From a bacterium (GTDB lineage Bacteria > UBA8248 > JACPRG01 > G963555815), in the NCBI GenBank assembly GCA_965261595.1, contig CBDHDG010000006.1, positions 160,001-224,000 on the forward strand: a DNA stretch of 64,000 nucleotides. The letters run 5' to 3'. The notes beneath the pieces are model-generated. The model ran no database searches. It saw only the letters and a list, made by a program, of their open reading frames with translations, and was not told the origin of the DNA. A program made the translations under genes and the position numbers. Within the stretch, counting starts at the first letter, position 1; every line of letters starts with the position of its first letter. Of this stretch, positions 53,238 to 63,236 are shown in pieces.

Positions 53238-54642
53238 TGGACCGCCCCTGGGTTATTGGACACTCGGGTGAGGGTATTCGACCTCATGCGGCCTCCGCAA
53301 CTTGAGCGAGTTTTTCCTGCCTTGCCTGGGCCGGCGTTCGGTAGCCGTAGCCCTCGAGAATCCAATGATGGTTGTACAGGTTCTTGAACTCAAGCAGCGC
53401 CCACCGCAGTTCCTCTACGGTGGCGAAAGAGCGCACCCACAGGAGATTCTCCTTCAAGATGCGGATGAACCACTCACAGTAGCCATTTCCCTCGGGCGCC
53501 CGCACGAAGCTGGGCGAACTGGTCATGCCCAGGTAGGCGATCTCCCGCTGAAAGTCATCGGACAGATAGGCGGGGCCGTGGTCGTGACGAACTTTAAGCC
53601 CCTCGGCGACGTCCGCCTCCAAGCCGGCGAAGCGCTCGGCGACCCCCTGCCGGATCGGCTCCAGGGCCTCGAAGCGGTTGCCGCTCTTGGCCGCATGGAT
53701 CCCCACGCAGTCCACCGAGCAGTGATCCACCGCCACGAACACCGAGGCCATCCCCTCCTCGGTGGTCACCGTCGTCGTCATGTGCGTGCCCCACATTCGG
53801 TCGGGCCGCTCGGTGCGGATGGTCCCGTTGTGGGCCTTGGGACCTCGGGGTTTGCCCACCCGGTGAGGGGCCTGAAGCCCCGCCTCCCGCATCAGGCGAC
53901 GCACCCGCTCCTTGCTGGTGCGGATGCCCGCGAAGCGCAGCCTCGCCCACACCTTGCGGTAGCCCTCGCCATGGAAGGGAGAGTCCTCCAGGACCTGCCG
54001 GATGTGGCCGAGGAGTTCCGCATCGGTGCACGGGCCCACAGGGCCGCGCTTATTGGGCGTGGGGCGTTCATGAACGGGGACCGCCTCTCGCCGCCGTTGC
54101 GCGTAGACCGTGGAGCGCGCCAAGCCCCAAAGGGCGCACACCCGCTTCAGGCCGTAGGCTCTGCCCGTGGAGGTGAAGCGGGCCTGACTCATCGCCTCCA
54201 CCTCCTGCCGGCTAAAGGGCGGCCGGCCTCCAGGCGGTCGATCTTCTCCCGCAGGACCTCGCCCTCCATCGTGAGTTCGCCCACCTTGGCCTTGAGCCGG
54301 GCGTTCTCCTCGTCCCGCTCATCCGCCGGGCGGGCTTTGAGCGCCGCCTCGCCCGCGCGAAGGAACGCCTCGCGCCAGGCGGAAAGCCGAGCCGCTGTCG
54401 TGCCCAACTCGCGGCAGAGCGTCTCCAGGCTCTCGCCCCGCAAAAGACGCAGGACCGCCTCCCGCTTGCGCCTGGCAGGAGAACCGACCCCGCTCACTGC
54501 GATGCCCTGGGGCCTTGGCTCCGTTCGCCCTGCGGGCGCCCTCCGCCAAAGCCCCCTCTTGCTTTTGTTCGTTCATCGCGACACCCCTTTCTCCATGAAT
54601 CATGGATCAATCGAGTGTCCAACAAAACCCTAGAGCGGGGGA
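53238..54642 (-). mobile_element. IS3-family element, copy 2 (orfA frameshifted, first DDE Asp changed to His)
   Basis: Near-identical to copy 1; extra C at about 54471; WGTH instead of WGTD; no target duplication. Confidence 0.92.
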
Positions 54643-55412
54643 GTTGCCCCTTTTGAATTTCGCCGTTGGTGTAGGCTTGCTCGATCCGCAGAACCAGGTC
54701 AGGTTTCCGTGTGAGCGTCGGCCGCCCACACGGCCGCGGGGCGGACAACCCCGGGGGCTGGGTGTTCGCTGGCGGGGGCCTCACGGCTGAGGGTTTGTAG
54801 AGCTGCTCGGGCAGCGGGGTCAGGGGGACAGCCACCGTTTAAGTGGCGTAATGACGTGCCCCCCTACTGTCTCACGGTCCCTATCGGTAGGTTTCAAGAG
54901 GGCGCTGTGGGGTCCAGGGGGCGTTTTCAGACCAAAATCAGGGGTGTCAGCATGTATCAGATGCCCCCACCCCGGGTTTGCCCATTCGATTCCTCAAGAC
55001 TCCCTCTGCCTTTCATCAAGACTCCTTTTGTTCCCCGGTCCTTATACGTGAATCCATGAATGGATCGCCGTATCGATTGGGGGGTCCCGCCCCTTCGCTG
55101 AGGGGAGAAATGGGACCCAAAACAGGTGTCTATCGAGGTGTCTTCTGAGGGTGAATAAACACACACACACCCAACCAGCCTAAAGGAGTTTTCAGCATAG
55201 ATCTAATAACGTGAGGGGGTTCGGTGATAGGCTTGAGAATCCCGGAAGGCTTCTAATGCCTGTACAGTGCGCATGGTGTCGAGCCCGGAGCAATTTCTCC
55301 GTTTTTCTCCCATTTGTGGTTCTCTTGTCTGGGCGACGCGGGTATGATGGGCGCATTCATTCGGGCGTCTTCGGGCCGAAACGGTTACTGTGGCGGAAGG
55401 GAGAGGGAATCG

Positions 55413-56438
55413 ATGCGTGAAAGCGATGTCTGGCCCGCGCTCCGGGCCTATTGGCATCCGGTGTTGTACGCCCATGAGGTGGGCGATAAGCCCGTTCCGG
55501 TCACACTGCTCGGAGAGCGTCTGGCCGTGTGCAAGTTCGGCGATCGATACCGGGCCTTTTACGACCTTTGCATCCACCGGGGGACGCCCATCTCGTTGGG
55601 TCGGGTAGAAGGCGAGGAGGTCGTCTGTGCGTATCACGGCTGGTCATACAACCCCGAGGGGAAATGCACCCGCATCCCTTCCGTCCCGCCCGAGCATCCC
55701 ATCCCGAAGAAGGCGTGCCTGACGGCGTACCACACGGAGGAACGCTACGGGATCGTCTGGGTTTGCCTGGCCGATGAGCCCAAGGTGGACATTCCCGAGA
55801 TCCTGGAATTCGAAGATCCGAGTTTCGGGACCTTTCTGCGCTCCAAAAAAGCCTGGAAGAGCAGCGCGGCCCGGGTGATCGAGAACAGCGTCGATCAGGC
55901 CCATTTCGCCTGGGTGCACGAGGGCATTCTCGGATCGCGGGACGACACCCTGATGCCCAAGTTCCACCTGGAGCGGCAGGGGGAGGAGATGGTCTTCTGG
56001 TTCGAGAACCCCGCGGACGAATTCCACCTCGACCCCCACCGCCGCAGCTACCGGCTGAAGCGGCCGTTCACCATCCACCAGCGGAAAGAACAGCCCGACG
56101 GCCATGTCGAGGTGTACATCTTTACCTTCTGCCCGAATACGGACAAGGCGTGCACGCGGTTCATGCAGCTTTGCCGGAACTACGACCTGGACGCCCTGGA
56201 GGTGACGGACGGCCCGACGATCATCGACGGCGACGAGATCACCGGGCCCCCTTTGGGAGAGTCCGGAAAAACCCACGTCGAGATGCAGGAGACGATCTTT
56301 GCGCAGGACCACGCCATCGTGTCACAGCAGCGGCCCGAGGAGCTTCCTCTGGACCTGACCGAGGAGCTTCACGTAAAGGGGCCGGACAGCATCTCTTTAG
56401 CCTACCGGCGGATGATGCGGGAAGTCGGCGTCGAGTGA
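55413..56438 (+). CDS. Rieske non-heme iron oxygenase alpha subunit (paralog of 45247-46245)
   Basis: CIHRG...CAYHGW and ENSVDQAHFAWVH; shared C-terminal QRPEELPLDL.EELH.KGPD. Confidence 0.9.
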   Translation: MRESDVWPALRAYWHPVLYAHEVGDKPVPVTLLGERLAVCKFGDRYRAFYDLCIHRGTPISLGRVEGEEVVCAYHGWSYNPEGKCTRIPSVPPEHPIPKKACLTAYHTEERYGIVWVCLADEPKVDIPEILEFEDPSFGTFLRSKKAWKSSAARVIENSVDQAHFAWVHEGILGSRDDTLMPKFHLERQGEEMVFWFENPADEFHLDPHRRSYRLKRPFTIHQRKEQPDGHVEVYIFTFCPNTDKACTRFMQLCRNYDLDALEVTDGPTIIDGDEITGPPLGESGKTHVEMQETIFAQDHAIVSQQRPEELPLDLTEELHVKGPDSISLAYRRMMREVGVE

Positions 56439-56590
56439 AGGCGGGTGGACGGTTTCATGGGTGGTCGTTTTTGGGGTTTCCGCCCATCCTCGAAATCTGT
56501 TTGATCCCCGCCTGCGCGGGGACGGTGTTTTGTGGGTAATCGAAGTCCACGAAAACCAAAAGCTACGTAAAAAAGCCTAGAGGAGAAACA

Positions 56591-57058
56591 ATGCCCGAGC
56601 TCCCTTATGACGAGAAGAATTTCTGGAACCGGGTGACGGTTCGCAGTGTTCAGAACAAGCAAAGCCAGATCACGGTCGGCGGGGTTCACTCTTTCATCGG
56701 GGACGAGCCTCCGGCGCTCGGCGGGGACGGCCTCGGGCCGAATCCCTTCACGCTCGTGGTGGCGGGTCTCGGGCTCTGAACGGTCGTTACGCTGCGGGAC
56801 GCGGCGCGAATCCTGAACATCCCCCTCGACGACATCGAGGTGACACTCACCTTCAAGGCGAACCTGCCCCCCGGTCAAGACCCCCTCGCCATCGACCGGA
56901 CGCGCAAGCTTCGCATCGCGAAGATCCGCCGGGAGATTCGTCTGATTGGAAACCTGACCGAACAGGAGAAGGCGGGTTTGATGGAAGAGGCGGCCTGCTG
57001 CCCGGTTCACAACACCCTTCGCCAGGGCATGAAGATCGAAGACGCGGAGGTTGCTTGA
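56591..57058 (+). CDS. OsmC/Ohr-family selenoprotein (UGA = Sec at 56777-56779)
   Basis: DEPPALGGDGLGPNPFTLVVAGLGL-UGA-TVVTL...AACCPVHNTL is continuous in frame (155 aa). The UGA sits at the first catalytic Cys position. GAGGAG RBS; selAB in the window. Confidence 0.88.
56791..56805 (+). promoter_or_regulatory. Candidate bacterial SECIS hairpin
   Basis: GCUGC-GGGAC-GCGGC starting after an 11-nt spacer 3' of the UGA. Confidence 0.7.
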
Positions 57059-57524
57059 TCCGGTGACGGCAATCCGAATTCAGGGCGGGCGCCTCCGGGC
57101 TTCGGTTGGAGGAATTTCTCTCCCCGTGTGATGTTCATGGTCGTAGATGCCGAATTGAGATTCTCATCCCGTAGGTGCCGTCCTCCGGCTCGTCGACAAC
57201 GTTTGGGACGGGGAGGCGGGCGCGCTCCTCTGGTTTTTCGCGTACTTCTTTTTCCTGCTGTGCGCCTACTACATCCTCCGCCCCCTGTTCGGGGCGGCGG
57301 CGGCTCGGTTTTCGAGGCGATGGCTCCTTCCGGTCGTCTATGGATTCTTTATCTCCAACATTCTGATTTTTTATGGCCTCTTTCGAACTCGCGTCGAGAT
57401 TTCGTACGTTGCGCCGGCGTTTTTTATGGGAATTATATATGACAGTTGACACGGGGAGGGGTAAAGCAATTAAGGAATGAGAGGGGATAGCTCACTTCTT
57501 GGGTTGATGTCAAGTGTTTTTTGG

Positions 57525-57555
57525 TTGACATTTCCATTACAGGTTAGGATATAAT
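57525..57555 (+). promoter_or_regulatory. Sigma-70-like promoter TTGACA-N19-TATAAT
   Basis: Exact consensus hexamers with a 19-bp spacer, upstream of the 59-aa ORF. Confidence 0.5.
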
Positions 57556-57584
57556 CCCCCCACACAAGGTGAAGGAGACTGCCC

Positions 57585-57764
57585 ATGGAGAGAGACCCTG
57601 GCCTCACCGAACAGGAAAAGCTGGACAGGGTGGCAGAGCGGATATTCTGCACCCAAAAGACCGACGAAGACCCCCCAACGCCCACCAAGGAAGACCTGGA
57701 GCGGCCATTCAGAATCTCATTCAGGAACGGTCAGCCGGTTTTCGAGGAAGCTAAAAACGGGTAG
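57585..57764 (+). CDS. Small hypothetical protein (59 aa), IS passenger
   Basis: MERDPGLTEQEKLDRVAERIFC...EAKNG; AAGGAG RBS; too short for the ORF track. Confidence 0.5.
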   Translation: MERDPGLTEQEKLDRVAERIFCTQKTDEDPPTPTKEDLERPFRISFRNGQPVFEEAKNG

Positions 57765-57980
57765 AGATTCATTGAGGTGCGTCAGAACCACGATAACGCC
57801 TATGTGGTGCGGTAGAACCGCGGGGTAATCTGTTCCCCTGTCTTACCCTCAGCACAACCATATCCGCTTCAGCTAATATGATGAAGCGCCTGGAGAAACA
57901 AGGGGTGGTGGACGTTTTCGCGATAGCTCTAATTCAGCCAAATCCGTCGGTTACTAACTTGATCCGAACCAACTTCCCAA

Positions 57981-59386
57981 TCCCCCGCTCTAGGGTTTTG
58001 TTGGACACTCGATTGATCCATGATTCATGGAGAAAGGGGTGTCGCGATGAACGAACAAAAGCAAGAGGGGGCTTTGGCGGAGGGCGCCCGTAGGGCGAAC
58101 GGAGCCAAGGCCCCAGGGCATCGCGCAGTGAGCGGGGTCGGTTCTCCTGCCAGCGCAAGCGGGAGGCGGTCCTGCGTCTTTTGCGGGGCGAGAGCCTGGA
58201 GACGCTCTGCCGCGAGTTGGGCACGACAGCGGCTCGGCTTTCCGCCTGGCGCGAGGCGTTCCTTCGCGGGGGCGAGGCGGCGCTCAAAGCCCGCCCGGCG
58301 GATGAGCGGGACGAGGAGAACGCCCGGCTCAAGGCCAAGGTGGGCGAACTCACGATGGAGGGCGAGGTCCTGCGGGAGAAGATCGACCGCCTGGAGGCCG
58401 GCCGCCCTTTAGCCGGCAGGAGGTGGAGGCGATGAGTCAGGCCCGCTTCACCTCCACGGGCAGAGCCTACGGCCTGAAGCGGGTGTGCGCCCTTTGGGGC
58501 TTGGCGCGCTCCACGGTCTACGCGCAACGGCGGCGAGAGGCGGTCCCCGTTCATGAACGCCCCACGCCCAATAAGCGCGGCCCTGTGGGCCCGTGCACCG
58601 ATGCGGAACTCCTCGGCCACATCCGGCAGGTCCTGGAGGACTCTCCCTTCCATGGCGAGGGCTACCGCAAGGTGTGGGCGAGGCTGCGCTTCGCGGGCAT
58701 CCGCACCAGCAAGGAGCGGGTGCGTCGCCTGATGCGGGAGGCGGGGCTTCAGGCCCCCCACCGGGTGGGCAAACCCCGAGGTCCCAAGGCCCACAACGGG
58801 ACCATCCGCACCGAGCGGCCCGACCGAATGTGGGGCACGCACATGACGACGACGGTGACCACCGAGGAGGGGATGGCCTCGGTGTTCGTGGCGGTGGATC
58901 ACTGCTCGGTGGACTGCGTGGGGATCCATGCGGCCAAGAGCGGCAACCGCTTCGAGGCCCTGGAGCCGATCCGGCAGGGGGTCGCCGAGCGCTTCGCCGG
59001 CTTGGAGGCGGACGTCGCCGAGGGGCTTAAAGTTCGTCACGACCACGGCCCCGCCTATCTGTCCGATGACTTTCAGCGGGAGATCGCCTACCTGGGCATG
59101 ACCAGTTCGCCCAGCTTCGTGCGGGCGCCCGAGGGAAATGGCTACTGTGAGTGGTTTATCCGCATCTTGAAGGAGAATCTCCTGTGGGTGCGCTCTTTCG
59201 CCACCGTAGAGGAACTGCGGTGGGCGCTGCTTGAGTTCAAAAACCTGTACAACCATCATTGGATTCTCGAGGGCTACGGCTACCGAACGCCGGCCCAGGC
59301 AAGGCAGGAAAAACTCGCTCAAGTTGCGGAGGCCGCATGAGGTCGAATACCCTCACCCGAGTGTCCAATAACCCAGGGGCGGTCCA
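57981..59386 (+). mobile_element. IS3-family element, copy 3 (orfA +2 frameshift, first DDE Asp changed to His)
   Basis: Near-identical to copy 1; CATCGCGCAG versus CATCGCAG; WGTH; no target duplication. Confidence 0.92.
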
Positions 59387-59777
59387 CTTCTATGCCGTCT
59401 CCGCAAGCAAGCCGCAATCTGTGGAGAATGTACCAAGCCGTTGTCTGCGTGACATCAAGCTCCTTGCTCAACTGCAAACTGCTCACGCCCTTGCGGGCCG
59501 TCATGAGCATATAGGCGGCCATGATCCATTTGCGCGGGGAAACCTTGGAATACTCAAGAGGGGTGTTCGTGAATGCCGTGAAGTATTTTCGGCAATCTCC
59601 GCACCAATAACGGCCTGGATGTTTTTTCTGTTCGGTGATCTTCTTGAAGCCGCCGCAACGGACGCAGACCGGCTTTTTGCCCCAGCGGAGTTCCTCGAAA
59701 TATATGCGGGCTTTGTGGTCTGTGGAGTATTTCTGATTCAGTTCGAAAATTCCGATGGTCTTTGCGATGCGTTTCAT
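59387..59777 (-). pseudogene. IS1595-family transposase N-terminus, truncated by IS3
   Basis: RWG..PVCVRCG...YWCGDCRK zinc ribbon and KGVSSLQLSKELDVTQTTAW HTH; cut at GIEV just before the catalytic region. Confidence 0.85.
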
Positions 59778-59924
59778 TTTCTCCGTTTCCCCTTTCTACT
59801 ATATAATATAGGGCTTGACGGAGACTATATCAACTCTTCTTTTTAAGTTTAGCGTGGTATTTGTCAACTCTCCTATATAAATCCCCTCCTTAGGGGATGG
59901 TCGTTTTGCGTCGAAGGGCTATTA

Positions 59925-60719
59925 TCCCGAATCTGGGCAACGATCCGCTCCAACTCTTCCACCACCCCCGAGGAGGCGTCAATATTGGAGGGCCGAAGCC
60001 GAGCGCACAAAAGGAAATCCCCGCAGAAGATGTAAAGCGGAAGGTAGCAGTAATGACCGTGATAGCCGTGGAAGAAACGCCCCTCCTGACAGCCGTGCAC
60101 CGGGTCGTCGGTGGCGTCGATGTCCAAAACGATCCGACCCGGCGCCCGCCTCTGCGACCGAAGGAAGCCCTCCACCAACAGCCGGTCGATCGCCTCGCCT
60201 CGGTAGGCGATCTTGTGGTAGCGCTCATCGCCATCGCCCGCAAGACGCTCCAAACGGTTCAGCGTGCTCTTGCCCGCAAGGGCCGGACCCCCCTTGCGCC
60301 GCGTGGCCTCCAGCTTGCCCGAGAGGATCTGGAGCATCGGGTCAAAGCGAAGCCGCTCGTGGTCATTGACGTCCTCATAGCCAAGCGCCAGCGCGTACAC
60401 CCGCTGCCGCAACAACGCCCACAACTCATCTTCCACCCGCCTCGCGTCCCGACCGTCCTCAAAACAGGCCGCGAAGCCTGCGATCAGCTTCACCCGCCCC
60501 TCGGTGTCGCGTAGCAAAAGACCGCCCGCATCAGAGGTGATCGCCCCGCCGTTGGAAGTGGCGATCACACGCCGAGAACCCAACCCTTGGAATTCCATCT
60601 GTTCTGCGATACACTGTGTGCGAGTCAAGTCGGTCTCCTTTCTTCGGGCAACCCGTTGATCAAAAAGAGTTTACCCGAAAAAAACCGGCTTGGCTCTCTT
60701 TCTTTGTGAGATATCCAGG
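59925..60719 (-). mobile_element. Truncated IS1380-family element
   Basis: End CCTGGATATCTCACAAA at 60719; transposase motifs TSDAGGLLL, GYEDVND and LDIDATDD...FFHGY; truncated after IVAQIR. Confidence 0.85.
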
Positions 60720-60799
60720 CTAAACGCAGCACGGCGCAGGCGTAGTGTCCAGAGAGCAGCGTTCACGATCCTCTTCAGGGAGCCGTCGCACAACATTAT

Positions 60800-62492
60800 C
60801 CGGGATTTCCCAGATGACCACTCTTAGCCATCCTGCGGTCCTCCTGTGTCATCAAAGTACCCCATTTTACTACAGATTCAGGGTCTCTTTGCAGAACCCT
60901 CTGCTCAATCGAGGGGCAACGGCCGTCCTAAAGCCGCAATCCCTTGAAAACCCAGCTCTACCGGCACACTCAGGGGAGTTCGGCACAGACTGATCCCCCG
61001 TCTCCACCACGTCACTAAGCTTCCGGGCCATCTGCTCCGTCATCCGGTATCTGGTACGGGAGGCGGTAACCACAACCGTCGAATTCGTTCAAGGATTGCC
61101 CTGAACAGTTGACGCGGCACGGCCACCTCGGCCATCTGGAAGGTGGTGTGCCGGGCGTGGGTGACCACCTTGGCCCCAATCTTAATCAGCTTCTCGCGTA
61201 ACGTCGTCAGCGACCAGTGCTTCACCGCTCTGGGCAACGCCAGCCGCCGCAGGAAGTTTGCCAGGTTGTACGCCAAGGCAAATAGTTGCAAGCGAACCTG
61301 GTTCTCTTCAAAGCCGTGGCAGGACAGGCGCGTCCAGTTCAGGGCGTACTTGCCCTCCTTGATCCACTGCTCCGCCGTCCCACGCTGGTTGTAGAACCTC
61401 ACGACGTTCTCTTCCCGCCAGTGCAGGTTGGTCACGATGAAGCTGACTCTTGGAAACAACTCGCCCTGGTGCCACTCGACCGCCACCACCACCCGGCGAG
61501 GCTTCTCCCAACTAGCCGCCTGATAGGAGACGCTGTGGTAGAAGATAATGGGCCTTTTGGGCGGTCGGCCAACCGGCCGGGTCAGAAGGTATTCGATGTC
61601 CCTGTACAAGATGGCGTTGGCCGGAAGCCGAATCGCATAGGAGTAGCCCTCCGCCTCAAGGTATCGGTACACCTCCGGCTTGGCAAATGCCGCGTCGCCT
61701 CGAAAAAACCGACAGACCTTCGCATCCCGGTAGCGAGCTACCACCGGCTCCAATACAGACCACCAGTCATCAGCGCTGTGGACCTTGCCGTTGCGCAACA
61801 GCGCCCGCTCCAGATCGCCAAACTGGTTGAAGCAAAACAGTGGGTGATAGCAGGTGCAGCCGAAGTGGCCGTTGTAGGAAGAGCCTTCCTGCTCACCGTG
61901 GGTCGGGCTGACCGAACTGTCCATGTCCAGGATCAGCTTGCGAATCGGCTTGCGTTTGCGGACACGATCCACCAACACACCGGGCAGACCGCTCAGCGCC
62001 TTGAGGTTAAGGGGCCGGGTGAGGGTCTGCGTCTCGAATCGGCTCATCTGGCTGGTGGAGGCAGCGGTGTGATACTTCGCTCGCCCCCCAACCACCTGAC
62101 GCATGGCGGGATCGACACAGAGCCGCTCGGCATCATTGGTGTCTTTATATCCTGCCAGGCGGCTGTAGACCGACTGGCGCACCAAAGCGGTGAGGCTGTG
62201 CCGGGTGTTCCCGCCCGTCCGTGAATCGGACAGAAACCCCTCGGCCGCCTTCGTCAGCCCCAACACCTCATCCAGTTCACGATAGGCAAGCAAACCGGCG
62301 TCACTCGTAACCTTTGCTCCGTGAAACTCCAGCCTGAGCCGACCGTCGAATTGGAGCCTCAACGGCCTCTTTTTCGCTTCACCCATCGGGTCCCCTCGCA
62401 AGATGATGGCAGGGAGAGGCCAACACCTTGATTTTACACGAGAAAACGGCCTTCGGGGCGTTAAAAATTATCATCCATATGGGAAATGCGGG
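60800..62492 (-). mobile_element. Complete IS1380-family element
   Basis: IRs CCGGGATTTCCCAGATG and CCCGCATTTCCCATATG; 5-bp target duplication ATTAT at 60795-60799 and 62493-62497. Confidence 0.92.
61040..62386 (-). CDS. IS1380 transposase
   Basis: TSDAGLL, LDMDSS, FRGDAAF and [15 protein letters not shown] motifs. Confidence 0.92.
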   Translation of the reverse strand: MGEAKKRPLRLQFDGRLRLEFHGAKVTSDAGLLAYRELDEVLGLTKAAEGFLSDSRTGGNTRHSLTALVRQSVYSRLAGYKDTNDAERLCVDPAMRQVVGGRAKYHTAASTSQMSRFETQTLTRPLNLKALSGLPGVLVDRVRKRKPIRKLILDMDSSVSPTHGEQEGSSYNGHFGCTCYHPLFCFNQFGDLERALLRNGKVHSADDWWSVLEPVVARYRDAKVCRFFRGDAAFAKPEVYRYLEAEGYSYAIRLPANAILYRDIEYLLTRPVGRPPKRPIIFYHSVSYQAASWEKPRRVVVAVEWHQGELFPRVSFIVTNLHWREENVVRFYNQRGTAEQWIKEGKYALNWTRLSCHGFEENQVRLQLFALAYNLANFLRRLALPRAVKHWSLTTLREKLIKIGAKVVTHARHTTFQMAEVAVPRQLFRAILERIRRLWLPPPVPDTG

Positions 62493-62596
62493 ATTATATG
62501 AAAAAGGACGGGGAAAGGGGGACCGCTTCAGGAACAGGTGCATCCTGACCGCGCGAGTCTCAAGCGGGGAGCACTCGGGGGTAACCGCGCCGGTCC

Positions 62597-63133
62597 GTCA
62601 TTCCCGCGTGCTTCAGGCAGGCTTCGCGGGAATGACGGGGTTAAGCTTTCCGATGAGATCCTGAACCATTCGGTCACCCCCGTAAGTTTCAGGCAGGGTT
62701 CCACTTTCTGGATTCCCGCCGGAGCCTGTCCCCGCATGTATCCAGCGGGGGCAGGAATGACAGACATGCGCCCTCTCGACCCCTTGCACTCAGGCGGCGT
62801 GCCTGCTCCCGATCGTTTCTGTCGGGGACCCGTTGCATGGATTCCCGCTTTCGCGGGAATGACAAGCTGAGGGTCTGGAAGGTAGTAGTCGGGGATCCAG
62901 GAGCAGAAACCGCCCCATCCGGTCTGTCACCCCTGCAACACCCGCCCGTCATTCCCACGGAGGCAACCGGAGCCGGTCATTCCTGATGCAGCCACCCCGG
63001 CCTGTCATTCCCGCGGAAGCGGGAATCCAGTGCGGGGGTCCGAGCCAGTCACCATCCTGCTCTTGAAGGTTTCAGAGCTGGGGTTCAAGGCCGATGCACG
63101 CAGTGGACCCCCGATTTAGGCACTCGGGGTGAC
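62597..63133. repeat. Array of ATTCCC-N8-GGGAAT-type (dRS3/REP-like) palindromes (family D)
   Basis: TGGATTCCCGCTTTCGCGGGAATGAC (about 62838), GTCATTCCCGCGGAAGCGGGAATCCAG (about 63004) and degenerate variants. Confidence 0.8.
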
Positions 63134-63236
63134 GGACCGGAGGCGGCGGCTTCCTTCGCCGATCCAACGAAGACCTTGTAGAGATCGTGTGATGCGGGAC
63201 GGGGGACAGGCGAATGGCGGCGCGCCGAGCCGGACC

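Larger units (their letters stand above)
57428..59885 (-). mobile_element. IS1595-family element (ISNwi1-like ends) with passenger ORF, interrupted by IS3 copy 3
   Basis: 24-bp TIRs GGGAATTATATATGACAGTTGACA (57428-57451) and GGGATTTATATAGGAGAGTTGACA (rc of 59862-59885), 21/24 identical. Confidence 0.75.

Noticed and set aside
54643..55200. Short ORFs and a TGACGTGCCCCCC IS-end-like motif at 54852
   Set aside because: No partner repeat or recognisable protein was found, so it is too weak to call.
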